Positions 1 through 12,770 of a stretch of 64,000 bases of DNA are shown piece after piece. The notes beneath the pieces were generated by a model. That model was not told the origin of the DNA, did not search any database, and saw only the letters and a program-made list of their open reading frames with translations. Numbering within the stretch: the stretch's first letter is position 1; each line of letters begins with the position of its first letter. Source of the DNA: Podarcis melisellensis (lineage: Eukaryota); the NCBI GenBank assembly GCA_964234715.1, contig OZ174275.1. One strand, 5' to 3'. Position numbers and translations under genes: made by a program.

Positions 1-708
1 AGGGGACTGTTTTGCAAAAATACAAAAATATATTTATGTAGAGGGTTATCCATGTAACTTTGACAGGACACAGTCAAAGTATCAGTGGAAAAGTTACATT
101 TCCATACAACACAGGTTTACTTCTAAAAGAGACTCACTGGATTACTTCAAAACTGCCAAGAACTTTATTTGTTGGTGTTGATGAGGATTGTTATCACTAG
201 AATTAAAATGTTCTGTTTTCAGTGCACAGTATTTTTAACTTCTAATTTCTCCCTTCTGACAGAGTGATTGCTAGTTTCCACTATGCCTGGACATAATGTT
301 CCACTAAGTATTGTGTGGACTGAAACAGTATTTTTTTGTGAAACCAAAAACTCTTCAAGTTGTAAAATCCAGTTGTTTTGCACCAAAAGTTAGTGCAAAT
401 TTGGCTTTTGTGTAGTAGAAGGTGACTGGACACTATTCCAAGCTAAATCAGCAAAGTATTCGAATCTGCAATAGACCTTGATCTGAAAAGTATGCTTAAT
501 GCAATGATAGCCACAAACGCTATTTGTTTGTTAATGCTTTGTAAACTTCTTTGCATGAGGGAGAGCTAAGTTTGAAATTGTCTGTTTATACATTTGCTGT
601 GAATTTGGAGCGGATCAAATACGTAGTTGTGCAAGCACACAACATATAAGGCTTCTGAGCAAATTTTATTTTGAATTGTCCATGGGATTTGCAGCCTTTT
701 ATATTCAG

Positions 709-797
709 AGAGGCACTGGAAGACAGAAGTGCCTGGCGTGCTCTGGTCCATGTGGGTCATGAAGAGCTGGACACGACTAAACGACTAAACAACAAAA
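709..797 (+). mobile_element. BovB/RTE LINE 3' end fragment (~90 bp)
   Basis: gaagacagaagtgcctggcgtgctctggtccatg...ggacacgactaaacgactaaacaacaa matches the 3' end of the longer copy at 62520-62941; flanked by atattcag at 701-708 and 798-805 (TSD). Confidence 0.85.
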
Positions 798-1125
798 ATA
801 TTCAGTGAGCAAGGGCTTTGGTGCCCTCTTCCCTCATATGCTACCTTTCCTTTGCAATCTCCAATCTGATTTACTCAGAAATGGTAGTTGCCAGATTTTT
901 AATTCAGCCCTAAGTAACAAGCTGACCAAAGCAATAACAGGCTTATGAGGGCTGTGCAAATATTCAGCTCAAAATCTTATCAGGGTTTGTTTGTTTGTTT
1001 ATCTCCCACAAGCATTCTCTTCATGTACAGTATGATCATATCCTATGTACATTTAACTTGCATGATTTCAACTACACGCACTCCCCCACACTTAAATGTG
1101 ATCGCATATACAGGCGGCACTGGGG

Positions 1126-1156
1126 AATAAATAAATAAATAAATAAATAAATAAAT
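1126..1156. repeat. (AATA)n microsatellite
   Basis: Direct observation. Confidence 0.9.
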
Positions 1157-2753
1157 AGAAAGAATCATATCAGGAAATGGAGGAGGAAAGCTGGAGAGTC
1201 ATTGTGGCTCACAAGGAGACCCTCCCCAGAACCCAAAGAGGATGTCAGTGAGGGTGGAGGAGCAGCAGGGCTTTGTTTAAGCTGTTCCGCCTCCCCGCCT
1301 AACAGCTGATACGTGGAGTAGCGCAGCAGCAGTAGTCACTTTCCTACGAGTCCTCCAGGTGGCCCCAGAGCTGGGATCTTCAACTAGAGAGAGTTGTGTG
1401 GCGATAGAGTAGGAGAGCTAGAGAGCTGGGGGGGGGGGAATGGGCATTGTGCCCTTGTGTTCTTCTTTGCCCTTCTAGGGAAATCCACTGTGAAAAGTAG
1501 CTTTTAAGCTCTCTGCCTCTGAGCAAGGCCATTTCCTAGTGTGGGCTTTGTATTTAACTTGTGGGATTTCAACCAGCCAGCCTTCAACCATGTATACAGG
1601 CATCACCCCACTTATGTGGGGGTTACGTTCCCTCCATGTGCATGAGTGAAATCACATGGAGAGCACCTTCTGAGAAGCATCTAAATGTCCATTTGCCTAC
1701 CTATCACTTCCCAACAGAAACCCGATGTGATTGGAGGCAAGCATATCATATTAGTACCCTAGCTTTTAGATCTGAGAGTCCCTCTTCCCACCCCTTCAGT
1801 AGTATGGTATCCACTAGGCAAAATCTGCCTCTGAAAACTTTTCTTCCTGTTTTTAGCATTGTCTGATAGAAGCGACTGAACTCTGGTGGAAATAAGGCTA
1901 ATGTTGAACTATTAATGGTGGGATTAACCTTCATTTTTATGACAAATAAAACTAGCAGTCAAATTGAGGTGCAGTTCAGTACTGACTTTAAACTTTTTGT
2001 ACAATTCCTCAGACTGCCCCTCATTTCAAAACACTATTTTATTTCATTTTTAAAAATAAAACTTTTCATTTCATTTTTTAAAAAGAAGACATTTCCCTTG
2101 AATAGCATCTTTCCATTTCAGGGGAAAAAATTATTTGAAGATGCACACTCGTTTTCAGAAATAGCATGCTAGGTTAAAAAAAGAAAAGAAAAATACTGCT
2201 GAGGTTGTGATTCAGTGGAATCTACAGAGAAATCCTTTCTTACAAGAACCCAAAGCCTAAAGCTTTCACAGTTCTGACAAAGACTGGAAATAGAATAGGA
2301 TTTCTTTTAATTTCCCCCCTCTCTTTTTAACAGAACAACCGCTAAAAACCAAAATCTCTTAGCTAGGGGGAAATGTGGGACTAACGTATTTAAAAGGCAG
2401 AAGTTGGTTGCATCATAAAGGTTTTGGATGACAGAGGCAAAAGGATTGTGCTATTCTTATGAGGTCCTATTTCTATTGTGACCAATGTGCACTTCATTTG
2501 ATAATACATTCCATATATATTGCAGCATTTTAACTTGTCCCCATTTGAGTAGTAAGCTTATGCATCAGTAAAAGCAAGCTGTATCATGTGCAGATCTTAA
2601 CAAAATAAACTCTAGGTTGTATCCAAGTAAGTCAAATTTGCTTTCGACATAGATACACTCTCTGCATTAAATCACTCCACCATTGCTTCATATATGACCC
2701 TCTGTTAGCCACCAAAATGACCATCGCAGACTGGAAGGAAGAGTGCACACTAG

Positions 2754-2896
2754 NNNNNNNNNNNNNNNNNNNNNNNNNNNNNNNNNNNNNNNNNNNNNNN
2801 NNNNNNNNNNNNNNNNNNNNNNNNNNNNNNNNNNNNNNNNNNNNNNNNNNNNNNNNNNNNNNNNNNNNNNNNNNNNNNNNNNNNNNNNNNNNNNNN
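2754..2896. other. Assembly gap (N run)
   Basis: Run of N. Confidence 1.
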
Positions 2897-4338
2897 TTTC
2901 TGCAGGTGTTGGATTTATGGTCATTTCAAGGGATGATAATAGTAAAATAATTGGCTTTGCATTATGCCTTTAGAAAGAAGCTGTGGGTTGCTGGACATCT
3001 GCAGTTCTTCTCTTGCATATTAATATTAACTTGCCGCTGCACACGTTCTAAATACCCGTTTCCAGTGACTATCATTTATCCACTCATGTGTTCTTGGGAA
3101 AGCAGGAGGCTTGTATTTTTCGTCAGCTGACATTTTAATTGTTCTCGTACTCATATTTATTTCAGTTATTTCTATCATAATAAACACACAGTTCTCCAGA
3201 TCATGTTATACCTTAAAATTCCTTACTCCCTGGTTGTAGTATATGGGTGGGTGTGTTTTTACAATATCGGTTACTAGGTAACAAAGCTGCTTAGTTGAAT
3301 GTTCTGCTCAGTTGTTCTATTCAAAGCTACACAAAATGGAATCTTGGGTTTTCTTAAGTGTGTCACATTCCTTTGTTTGAGCCTTTATTTCATGAATTGT
3401 AGGATTGACACCTAGTGCAACTAGTCAAGATTTTTCTGGCACTGGAAGATCGAGACTTGTTGTGTGTTCATTCTGATGAAAAAAACTAAATTCATTTCAC
3501 CATGTTTATACTGTGGCTTATTTTATACAGTTCATGAGGCTGCCCGTGTTCTGTGCTATTCTTAGCATTCTCCTCACTTACCTATATCAACACACAAGCG
3601 CAAACAATGCCAATAATAAAAATTGACAGCCACATCAGTCAGCTTCAAATACAAGTTCCTGGCTCTAGTTGCAATTCAGGTTTTTACTCTGCAAATTTGT
3701 AAACGTGATGGATTTTGTTTTGACATTAACTCCAGCCCTTCTCCAGCCCTTCTTATTATAAATTCTAAATAACTTCAGTTTCAAAGCTGAGTACAAGTAC
3801 ATGAAAGCAACACCAACTGATTTCAAATATATTTTATAGGGAAATGTGCTTGAAACTGCATCTTTACACTGCAGTGATATATCTATTGGTGCTGCTTGGA
3901 AGGAAGTAGCTACAGTGAATATATGAGCAGCTCTTCCTTACTTCTCTGGTCAAATCTCATACTCAATATACTCACAAGGAAGCTTCTTAGAAGAGTCAGA
4001 ATAATTTCTTTGGCAAATCTGGATGTGATATATAAAGCATCTTGACCTGTGCTGTTGGATAGCATGGCACAATGGTGGCCGACAGATTCTGTTCTCTGGA
4101 ACCATTTCATTTTGTGAAAATACAGTGGTGGCAGCCTATATATTGATCAAATTCATTATAACCTCTCCTCTTTTTTTGGTGTACTTTTTCTTTAGTCATT
4201 AACTTTGACCCATTATCGTAATCTAGGATTGTCAGTCAGCATTGACAAAATTGAATTAGCTGGACAAACAGTTGTCCACAGACACTGTCAATATGAGCTT
4301 CCTGTGGGAGTCAAGCCCTTTCTCCAGCCATTCTCCAG

Positions 4339-4686
4339 ACCTGAAGGAGTGTCTCCAACCCCACCGTTTAGCCCAGATACTGAGATCCAGTGCCAAGGGC
4401 CTTCTGGCGGTTCCCTCATTGCGAGAAGTGAGGTTACAGGGAACCAGACAGAGGGCCTTCTCAGTAGTGGAACCCGCACTGTGGAACACCCTCCCTTCAG
4501 ATGTGAAGGAAATAAGCAGCTATCCTATCTTTAAAAGACATCTGAAGGCAGCCCTGTTTAGGGAATTTTTAAAATATTTAATGCTGTATTGTTTTTAACA
4601 CTTGATTGGGAGCCGCCCAGAGTGGCTGGGGAAACTCAGCCAAATGGGCAGGGTATAAATAATAAATTATTATAATATTATTATTA
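4339..4686 (+). mobile_element. L2-clade LINE 3' fragment
   Basis: Translates to ...QGTRQRAFSVVEPALWNTLPSDVKEI...FKRHLKAALF (L2 ORF2 C-terminus), then 3'UTR gccgcccagagtggctggggaaac and (ATT)n tail. Confidence 0.85.
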
Positions 4687-4900
4687 TTCCTGTTCACATC
4701 ATTGCTTGGCATTCTGCTGCCACGCGGTACATACCCAACATTATGGGGATCATGACTCCAGTCTCTGCATCTGCGGCAGCACCAGAGCAATATCCTGTAT
4801 CTGCTTATATCACTAGTATGGTGCTGTATGCTTTGTTTCAGTGAAAATAGCCTTTATTATGCACATTCACATATATGAACAAGGCAAATATCATTGTCAT

Positions 4901-5252
4901 AAAGGGTAAAGGGACCCCTGACTGTTAGGTCCAGTTGCAGACGACTCTGGGGTTGCGGTGCTCATCTCCCTTTACTGGCTGAGGGAGCCGGCGTACAGCT
5001 TCCGGGTCATGTGGCCAGCATGACCAAGCCACTTCTTGCGAACCAGAGCAGCGCACGGAAACACCATTTACTTTCCCGCCGGAGCGGTACCTATTTATCT
5101 ACTTGCACTTTGACGTGCTTTCAAACTGCTAGGTTGGCAGGAGCAGGGACCAAGCAACGGGAGCTCACCCCGTCGTGGGGATTCGAACCACCGACCTTCT
5201 AATCGGCAAGTCCTAGGCTCTGTGGTTTAGACCATAGTGCCACTCGCGTCCC
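4901..5252 (-). mobile_element. Sauria SINE, full length
   Basis: Reverse complement of gggacgcgagtggc... head with B-box, ACCTTT-type tail; TSD atcattgtcata at 4890-4901 and 5253-5264. Confidence 0.95.
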
Positions 5253-6204
5253 ATCATTGTCATACTACAGCATATATAATAATTTCCACTTTCGGTGTTC
5301 AGAATACATACTGTATTTTAATACTGTGCCTTCAGGGCTAGAAACAGACTACCCTTGTAGGCATTGCTGGCATAGATAGAGGGATAATGATGGACCGTTA
5401 CTGAAGTTTCTTCCCAGTAAACCACCAGTATGGCTCTGCATTGCTTGGGATCTCTGCTTCGCCCCCACTTACCTCATTCATTCATTCATTCGTTTAAAAG
5501 CAGATATTTCAAAAACACAAAACACCAAACAATTGTAATTCAATTGAGTGAGCATAAATGTAAAGATCCTGCTTACCATTTATGTGACATTTCACAGATC
5601 TCCATTTTTGCATTGCTGCATACAATAATAATATTAAGTCTTACTAACTATACTATCCCAGATTATGATAATGAGTCAAAGTTAATGACTGAAGAAAATA
5701 CACCCCCCCCCCAAAGGAGGGACTATATTTTCACAAAATGAAATTGTTCCAGGGAGAACAACACAATCTAAACACACAGTAAAAGTATTTATAGTAATGG
5801 TGCAGAAACAAAGCATCTAAATTGAGGAACAAAACAAAAGCTCCAGTTTTCTCTGCAGCATTCAAAAACAGGCAAGTAAGGAATGAGAACTCTGCATGGT
5901 TAGATTTTAAATGTTGCTATTGTGGATGCATGCATTTTTTGCATCTAGATATATTTAAGGAAAGCAAAGGAATCCCGATCTTTTGTCTGTTTTTGTGTTG
6001 GGGATATATTCAATTTGTTACATTTGTTTATTATTAGTATATATTCCAGTAAGGTTGGAGATACTGCTATATAGGCTCCTCTGTAGGAATTCAAATTAGA
6101 ACTGGACTGAACAGAAATAGAGACCATATTTTTGCAAGCAACTTTTGCAAGCAAGTTTGCAATTCAGAGAGCTTCAGCTCAGCTACCTGTGTGGTTTTGT
6201 GGCG

Positions 6205-6375
6205 TGCGTGTCAGACTAGAACAGTGGCAGCCCAAGTTCAAATCCCCACCCAGGTGATCTGGGTCCAGTCACTATCTTTCAGTTTTAGTCTTTAGGTTTG
6301 TTGGGCAGATAAACTGGAGGGGGGGATATAGGATGAGCTTCTTGGAGAAAAGAGGTGATCTAAATATTCAAATTC
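6205..6375 (+). mobile_element. Degraded CORE/Squam3-like SINE
   Basis: gtcagactaga...gttcaaatcccc...gggtccagtcac similar to the copy at 47969-48195. Confidence 0.5.
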
Positions 6376-6440
6376 AGCTTTTTAAGTCTTGTCACTTATG
6401 TAGCCAAAATGGCAACAGTCACATGAACAGGGGGAGGTAA

Positions 6441-6746
6441 TCCGTGTGACGGGGTGAGCTCCCATTTCTCTGTCCCAGCTCCTGCCAACCAAGCCGTTCG
6501 AAAGCACACCAGTGCAAATAGATAAATAGGTACCACTACGGTGAGAAGGTAAACGGCATTTCCGTGTGCTCTGTTTTCTGTCACGGTGTTCCCTTGTGCC
6601 AGAAGCAGTTTAGTCATGCTGGTCATGACCCGGAAAGCTGTCTGTGAACAAACACTGGCTCCCTCAACCTGAAAGCGAGATGAGCACTGCACCCCATAAT
6701 CACCTTTGACTGGACTTAACCATCCAGGGGTCCTTTACCTTTTTTT
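6441..6746 (+). mobile_element. Sauria SINE, 5'-truncated
   Basis: gacggggtgagctccc...gataaataggtacc...ggggtcctttaccttt. Confidence 0.9.
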
Positions 6747-6879
6747 ATAGGACATAGTAGCTTGATTCTCAGTGGCTTCCATTGAGTTTTATGTGACAAA
6801 GGAAACAACCCAAAATCTGGGACACCATTGCGGGAGAACTCATCTGGTACACTCCATCCCTTTCACTTCCATTCAAACT

Positions 6880-7265
6880 TTTTAAAAGCTCACCTCTGCC
6901 ATCTGAAGCCATTTGCTAATTCTTGTTGGCCCCTACTCAGAATGAAGTATGTGGTGTGGGGGCCCAGGGAAGGGACTTCTTTTGGTGGCTCCTTGCATAC
7001 AGAACTCCTCCCCTACTGAGGTGCATTTGGCCCCATCTTTTCATAGTTTCAAGTGACTTGTTTAAGATATACCTGCTGGGAGCAGGAGAGACTTGAATAG
7101 ATAAATTGATTTAGCCGCTGTTGCTATAAATTGCTACTTATGAGTTGTTCTGACCCATTGCTTTGTGTATTTATATATTGTTTCTATCTTGTTTTTGTTG
7201 TAAACCACCATGTGGTGTGCAATGGGCGGCATATAAATAATCTATAAAATAAATAAATAATAAAA
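6880..7265 (+). mobile_element. Old L2 3' fragment
   Basis: Degenerate RAFSV-APxLWN-like coding region, then gggcggcatataaat and (AAAT)n tail. Confidence 0.5.
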
Positions 7266-8653
7266 TTCAGGTGCTTTCAAGTGTTTGTACTGCAAAGAGC
7301 CAAGCAAACATAAGAACATGCATCCCACACTTTGCCACATAACAACAATGATGTGTGCTGCCATGCCCTAAACATTTAAATATAAAAATAGTAGAACAAA
7401 GCCTTTTGTGTTTCCTCTCAGTGTGATGCACTATTTCCGTAAAAAAAGAAAGGAAGCAAAATATGCTTGACATTTTCTGTGCTTGTTGCCATAATATTTA
7501 GGGAAGTTAACACATTCAGGCAGCTAAATCATCACATTCTGGGGTCATCAGGGATCTCTGTCCCTTATTACCTCCTCTCTTTGCTCCAATTCTGGTGCCT
7601 TGGCTTCAGGTGATAAGAAGCAATGATCCGTAGTGATTTGTTTCATAATGATTTATTCTATAGCCGTTCCACGCCTCCAAGTTATGAAGTGACAAGTGCA
7701 AATCACCCTTCATAGCCCCTTTCCTTTCTCCATATTTCTCAAAGCCATTAGAAGACCCTCTGATGCATTTTCACATTTTCAGGATCTCTTTACAGAAGCA
7801 ATAAGAACTCTTCTGTCTCTTGCCTTATGAAATTCATACAAGGATCGCAGCTGCATCCAAACAGAATAGACCCATTTATCTATATTCCACAGTCAATCAT
7901 CCACTGCACCCAGAAAAGATGCATGTGGAATGGGTGATTTTCACTCAACCTATGCGAAAATTATATTGGTTCTAATCCATTAAGGCCATGCATTCTCCCT
8001 TTGCTCATCACTCTAATGTCATGGGAAGCAGTAGGAACTGTTACACTATCTCTGACACAGTGGAGACAAGGTGGTGTAGACAACTCGCAGAAGATGTCGC
8101 TCCAAAAGACATGGCAGATTTCAGAAGTGTGCATATGTCTTTGAATAATTTAGTTTCCCACCCAGACCTTTTGAAGTAGTCTATATACATAGCCCGTGTA
8201 CAGTTGGCCTACAGACTGCACATGCAGGCAAACCCCCTCCCCGACCTTCCTTTCTTCTTTTTGGCCGAATAGTCAGACCACATTCCATGTCCCCTGAGGA
8301 TGCCCATTCCTTATTGGGCTGTTCTGGGGGAGGTTTTTTGTGGGGGTTAGGAGTTGAGTGGACACTCTAGTGTCCAGTTTCAACTCCCTTCAAATCTTGG
8401 GATTTCTCTATTGATTTCTATAGACAGCTCTAATTCCTGTCACTGGGGAAATACTTGTAAGTATGAACCAAGAAATAGCCAATAAAAATAATCATGTATG
8501 GTTCTCTCCAGACTTTTCATATATATCTGTGTCTCTTCTTCCATCCCTCTTTTCCAGCCACTCTATTCCATTCCCACTTCTATCAAGTTTTCAGGTACCC
8601 CCCTTTCTTTTCATTCAACAGCCAGCATCTTTGGGCACTGAGCACTCTTCCAA

Positions 8654-8782
8654 TAGAATCATAGAATTGTAGAGTTGGAAGGGATCATAAGGATCAACTA
8701 GTCCAACTCTCTGTAATGCTGGAATCTTTTGCTTAACGTGGGGCTCAACAACCATGAGCTTAAAAGTGTCATGCTCTGAGTT
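8654..8782 (-). mobile_element. SINE with tRNA-Lys(CTT)-like head and CR1-derived 3' tail
   Basis: Minus strand: agagcatgacact...gagccccacgtt head, then gttggactag...ttccaactctacaattctatgattcta (CR1 tail); paralog at 30019-30152. Confidence 0.75.
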
Positions 8783-8864
8783 GGACTGCTTCCCCCATAT
8801 ATATATATATATATATATATATGCAGGTTAACCTGCATTCCTGTACCCGTGAAAATCTACGAAA

Positions 8865-8916
<52 letters not shown>

Positions 8917-8993
8917 TTTCGTAGATTTTCACGGGTACAGGAATGCAGGTTTTGGTGTCCTCGGGTGTCTTCCCGTGTAAAAGTTGGGGTGTC

Positions 8994-9036
8994 TAGGCGA
9001 CGTTTCGACGAGGTCTCACTCGTCATCTTCAGGCTG
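8994..9036 (-). ncRNA. Minimal type I hammerhead ribozyme (minus-strand copy)
   Basis: Reverse complement of 9471-9513; core at 9032-8999. Confidence 0.75.
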
Positions 9037-9470
9037 GTGCTTTCGGCTTCTTGTTACTGGAACAGAGCAGGATCTCAGTGTTTGAGTTCCTATAAATACT
9101 GTTGAGGGGGTGTGGTGTATAGCCTCCAATGTTCTGGGCAGAGAGGAAGTTCCCAGGCTAGTGTGCCTTTTCTTCTTTTGTTCCTTAATTACTTGAGGGA
9201 TATCTTGAGTGATTTCTTGAGTGATATCCTGAGTACCACTTAGGTACTCACCTAATGACCCACCTAAGTGGTACTCAGGATATCACTCAAGAAATCACTC
9301 AAGATATCCCTCAAGTAATTAAGGAACAAAAGAAGAAAAGGCACACTAGCCTGGGAACTTCCTCTCTGCCCAGAACATTGGAGGCTATACACCACACCCC
9401 CTCAACAGTATTTATAGGAACTCAAACACTGAGATCCTGCTCTGTTCCAGTAACAAGAAGCCGAAAGCAC

Positions 9471-9513
9471 CAGCCTGAAGATGACGAGTGAGACCTCGTC
9501 GAAACGTCGCCTA
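9471..9513 (+). ncRNA. Minimal type I hammerhead ribozyme
   Basis: CTGAAGA (9475-9481), T, stem II GACGAG/CTCGTC with TGAGAC loop, GAAA (9501-9504), palindromic loopless stem III ACGT, GTC cleavage triplet ending at 9508; stem I is weak. Confidence 0.75.
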
Positions 9514-9559
9514 GACACCCCAACTTTTACACGGGAAGACACCCGAGGACACCAAAACC

Positions 9560-9610
<51 letters not shown>

Positions 9611-10072
9611 CCTCTGCAAACCAGGGGTTGCCCTGCTGGGCTTTGTGTCTTGCTGGTCTTGGAGCACATAGAATGTTGGGAGTGGAACACAAATACACCA
9701 ATCTTGATTAAGTTAGTTGTGCTCATTGCACTGTTTCACCGAGAGTGGAGGAGTGTAGGTTGGCTGAAGAGCAACTTTGGAAGGCTCCATGTCAGCAATG
9801 TGAAGGATCTGAAGCCTGGTCCCGGGGTGGTTTACTAATCTAGGGCAGGCTTAGAGACAGCCAAGAGGCAAGCAAGAATGATCCTGGGAAAGCCTGCTGG
9901 GTGAGACACAGCAGTTGGCTCATCTGAGCTTGCTTCCAGATAACAACACTTTCTCTCCAGTTTTGTTGGTATATTAGTGATTAGATCAGGTGTGGGAACT
10001 TTGTCAACCAAAGGCCCAGTGGTATATTTATAGCATCTGCCACCCCAGGGCAAAAAAGTTTTGCCCTCCCCA

Positions 10073-10086
10073 AATAATAATAATAA

Positions 10087-10121
<35 letters not shown>
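10073..10121. repeat. Compound (AAT)n(AGT)n microsatellite
   Basis: Direct observation. Confidence 0.9.
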
Positions 10122-10363
10122 CATATGAGTACAGGGCACTGCAATCATATAACTTACATACCTGGAAGCAGTAAGCCCCTTTTAGCTTTGTGGGGTTTTA
10201 CTTCTGAGTAAATGCATATAGGATTATGCAGGATGCTCTGCGCCAAATGTATGAATTATAATCCCACCATGCCAGCTAATGGGGAAAAGAGAGAGGGTGA
10301 GACACACCCGCAATGGTGCAGTGGACAAAAAAGCTCTTTTTAGCAAGCACTACTCTTGCGGCA

Positions 10364-10717
10364 GGGATGCGGGTGGTGCTGTGGGTTAAACCACAGAGCC
10401 TAGGACTTGCTGATCAGAAGGTCGGCGGTTCGAATCCTCACGATCGGATGAGCTCCCGTTGCTCGGTCCCTGCTCCTGACAACCTAGCAGTTTGAAAGCA
10501 CCTCAAAGTGCAAGTAGATAAATAGGTATCGCTCCGGCGGGAAAGTAAACGGCGTTTCCATGCACTGCTTTGGTTCGCCAGAAGCGGTTTAGTCATGCTG
10601 GCCACATGACCTGGAAGCTGTACGCCGGCTCCCTCGGCCAATAAAGCGAGATGAGCACCACAAGCCCAGAAACGGTCACGACTGGACCTAATGGTCAGGG
10701 GTCCCTTTACCTTACCT
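10364..10717 (+). mobile_element. Sauria SINE, full length
   Basis: gggatgcgggtggtgctgtggg head, ggttcgaatcc B-box, cctttaccttacct tail; TSD tactcttgc(g/a)gca at 10351-10363 and 10718-10730. Confidence 0.95.
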
Positions 10718-12130
10718 TACTCTTGCAGCAAGGTTTTACAGCAAGGGGGAGTGATAGACAAGTGGCAAGGAGAGCAGCAGAGGGGTGCAAGCAAAAGAAG
10801 GGTGTTTGCTTGTTGGATGCAGAATGTACTGAAAGCAATCAGTGTTCTGAGTGCGACCCCCTCCCACCTCTTCCCGCCTTCTCACTTTCTCCGTGAGAGA
10901 GGCTGTTCTGGAGTTGGCCTCCCAGGCTTATTACCTTTGTGTGTCCTTATGATTGCTGTGGCTCTGATGATTACAAAGACTTTGCAAGTCTTCTTTCCTC
11001 CAAACGGAAGCTGGTCCTGTAGGCTCCTCTATATTTTCTGCGTCTTATAGAGCAAACCAAAACTGGAGCAAAATGATTTGTTTATAGGAATGAAGAAACG
11101 CATCAAGTTACTGAGAAATGGTTTTTTAACATTCAACTTCCATCTGCGGTTGTGTAATAAACTATAGATGCACAGATAATGGCAGAGTGCTGAAAGCACC
11201 TGTCTTCCAAGTAAAGATAGCATTACTGTCTGAAAATGGCAAGCAGTTGTTCCCTAAAGGCAGCAGTTAATTTAATATTTGAATTGCATTCAGTGTTAAT
11301 ACAATTCGGTGAGCATCCTAAGTATGAGATCATGACAGGAGACATTTTCATCTCCTATCTTGTGAGAGGTCTCAACTACAACTCGCTGAAGTAATATTTT
11401 GCTGAGCACCAGCGTAGCATAACACTGTTGTCGCAACTCAAGAACTGTAATTTTCCAATCTCGGTGTACAAAAAAATAATAATTACAAGGCAGTTAGAAG
11501 TAGGGCTGAGCTCAAAGGGGCCATTTTTCACAAAACGTATTCAGCAGCATCAAAAAACAGCACCCTCCCTCAGGCAGCTTTTCAGGAATTGCATTGGAAA
11601 ATGAGCAAAAGCGTTCACCCGTGCATAATGAAAGCAATTGGATTGGCTGAGCTCATCCATATAATCGATGTAGGAAGAACTGCCCTCACTCTTAATTCAC
11701 TTCACTTGTCCACAGTGAAATAGCACCATGACATCATCCCATTCATTCATTTGGCTGGGATGACAGTGGGGGAGGGAGAAGATGAAGTCATTTGAAGGGG
11801 GAAATTTTGCCTTTGGAACTGCAGAGAGGGGAGACAGTGACAGTGGATACCAGCAAATAAGTGGTTAAAAAACCTGGCAAACCTTCAGCAAAGCCCTAGT
11901 TTGAACGTTGCATTACAGATTATACTATTTAGCATATAAAAAACGCTGTAGTAAGTCACTGTTTGAGTTTATTACCTAAGAGAAGCTTTAACTGAACTTT
12001 TTCAATCCGTAAAAATATATTGGTAATAGGTTTATCTAACACTAATATCTTGCTTTGGCCTTTTAAGCTTTAACAAAGTTCCTTGGAGCTAAGTTTGAAA
12101 CAATGATAAGCTTGAGCAGAGCAAAATCAC

Positions 12131-12168
<38 letters not shown>

Positions 12169-12383
12169 TTGCCACTCTGGGCAGCTCCCAACATAATTTT
12201 AAAAACACGATAAAACATCAAACATGAAAAACTTCCCTTAACAGGATTGCCTTCAGATATCTTCTAAAAGTCAGATAGTTGTTAATTTCCTTGACATCTA
12301 ATGGGAGGGTGCCACCACCGAGAAGGCCCTCTGCCTGGTTCCCTGCAAGCTTACTTCTCGCAGTGAGGGAACCACCAGAAGGC
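12131..12383 (-). mobile_element. L2 LINE 3' fragment
   Basis: Minus strand encodes LQGTRQRAFSVVAP; (AAT)n tail on left; same family as 4339-4686. Confidence 0.85.
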
Positions 12384-12419
12384 TTTGCTTTTTCCTTTTG
12401 CCTGGTATACAGAGCACAT

Positions 12420-12770
12420 TCACCAAACGATGGCGTACCAGGATGTATTCATAAATAGTTGCAAATGAGGAGCTTACAGCCACTTTGCTCTTCCCCAGTA
12501 TTTTTTTACTCCAGCACTCCACTGAGCTAAACCAAGGTTTGACTTAACATGTCATTTGAACCCAGACTCGTGGTTATGCACCATGGGTTGTAGCCAAGGT
12601 TTATTCTTAGCTACCATGGGCCCATGCTCAGATATTACACTATAACCAAACCTTGGCTTAGCACAGGTGAACACAGAAGTAAAAAGTATTGGAGTGGAGC
12701 AAGAGGAGCCCACATATTTGCATGGTCCTGATAAACCATAGTTTGACTTGCCATGTTGTGCAACCAGACC
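12420..12770. mobile_element. Degenerate palindromic MITE-like element
   Basis: Imperfect inverted arms around ~12590 (gctaaaccaaggtttg / caaaccttggcttagc; cccagtattttttact / agtaaaaagtattgg); related to 24170-24490. Confidence 0.55.

Larger units (their letters stand above)
8797..9608. mobile_element. Penelope-like element terminal-repeat (pLTR) fragments in inverted arrangement, embedded in (TA)n tracts
   Basis: Inverted arms 8943-9245 and 9262-9564 (303 bp); second inverted pair 8830-8867 and 8914-8951; three (TA)n tracts; minimal hammerhead motif of PLE type in each long arm. Confidence 0.8.

Noticed and set aside
1170-1560. GC-richer purine-rich segment resembling an LTR
   Set aside because: Could not define termini, TSD or a paralog in the window.
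2688-2973. ORFs spanning the first N run
   Set aside because: Gap artefacts.
8769-9726. Mirror-image ORFs containing YIYIYI runs
   Set aside because: They arise from (TA)n tracts and the inverted repeat; no recognisable protein domain.
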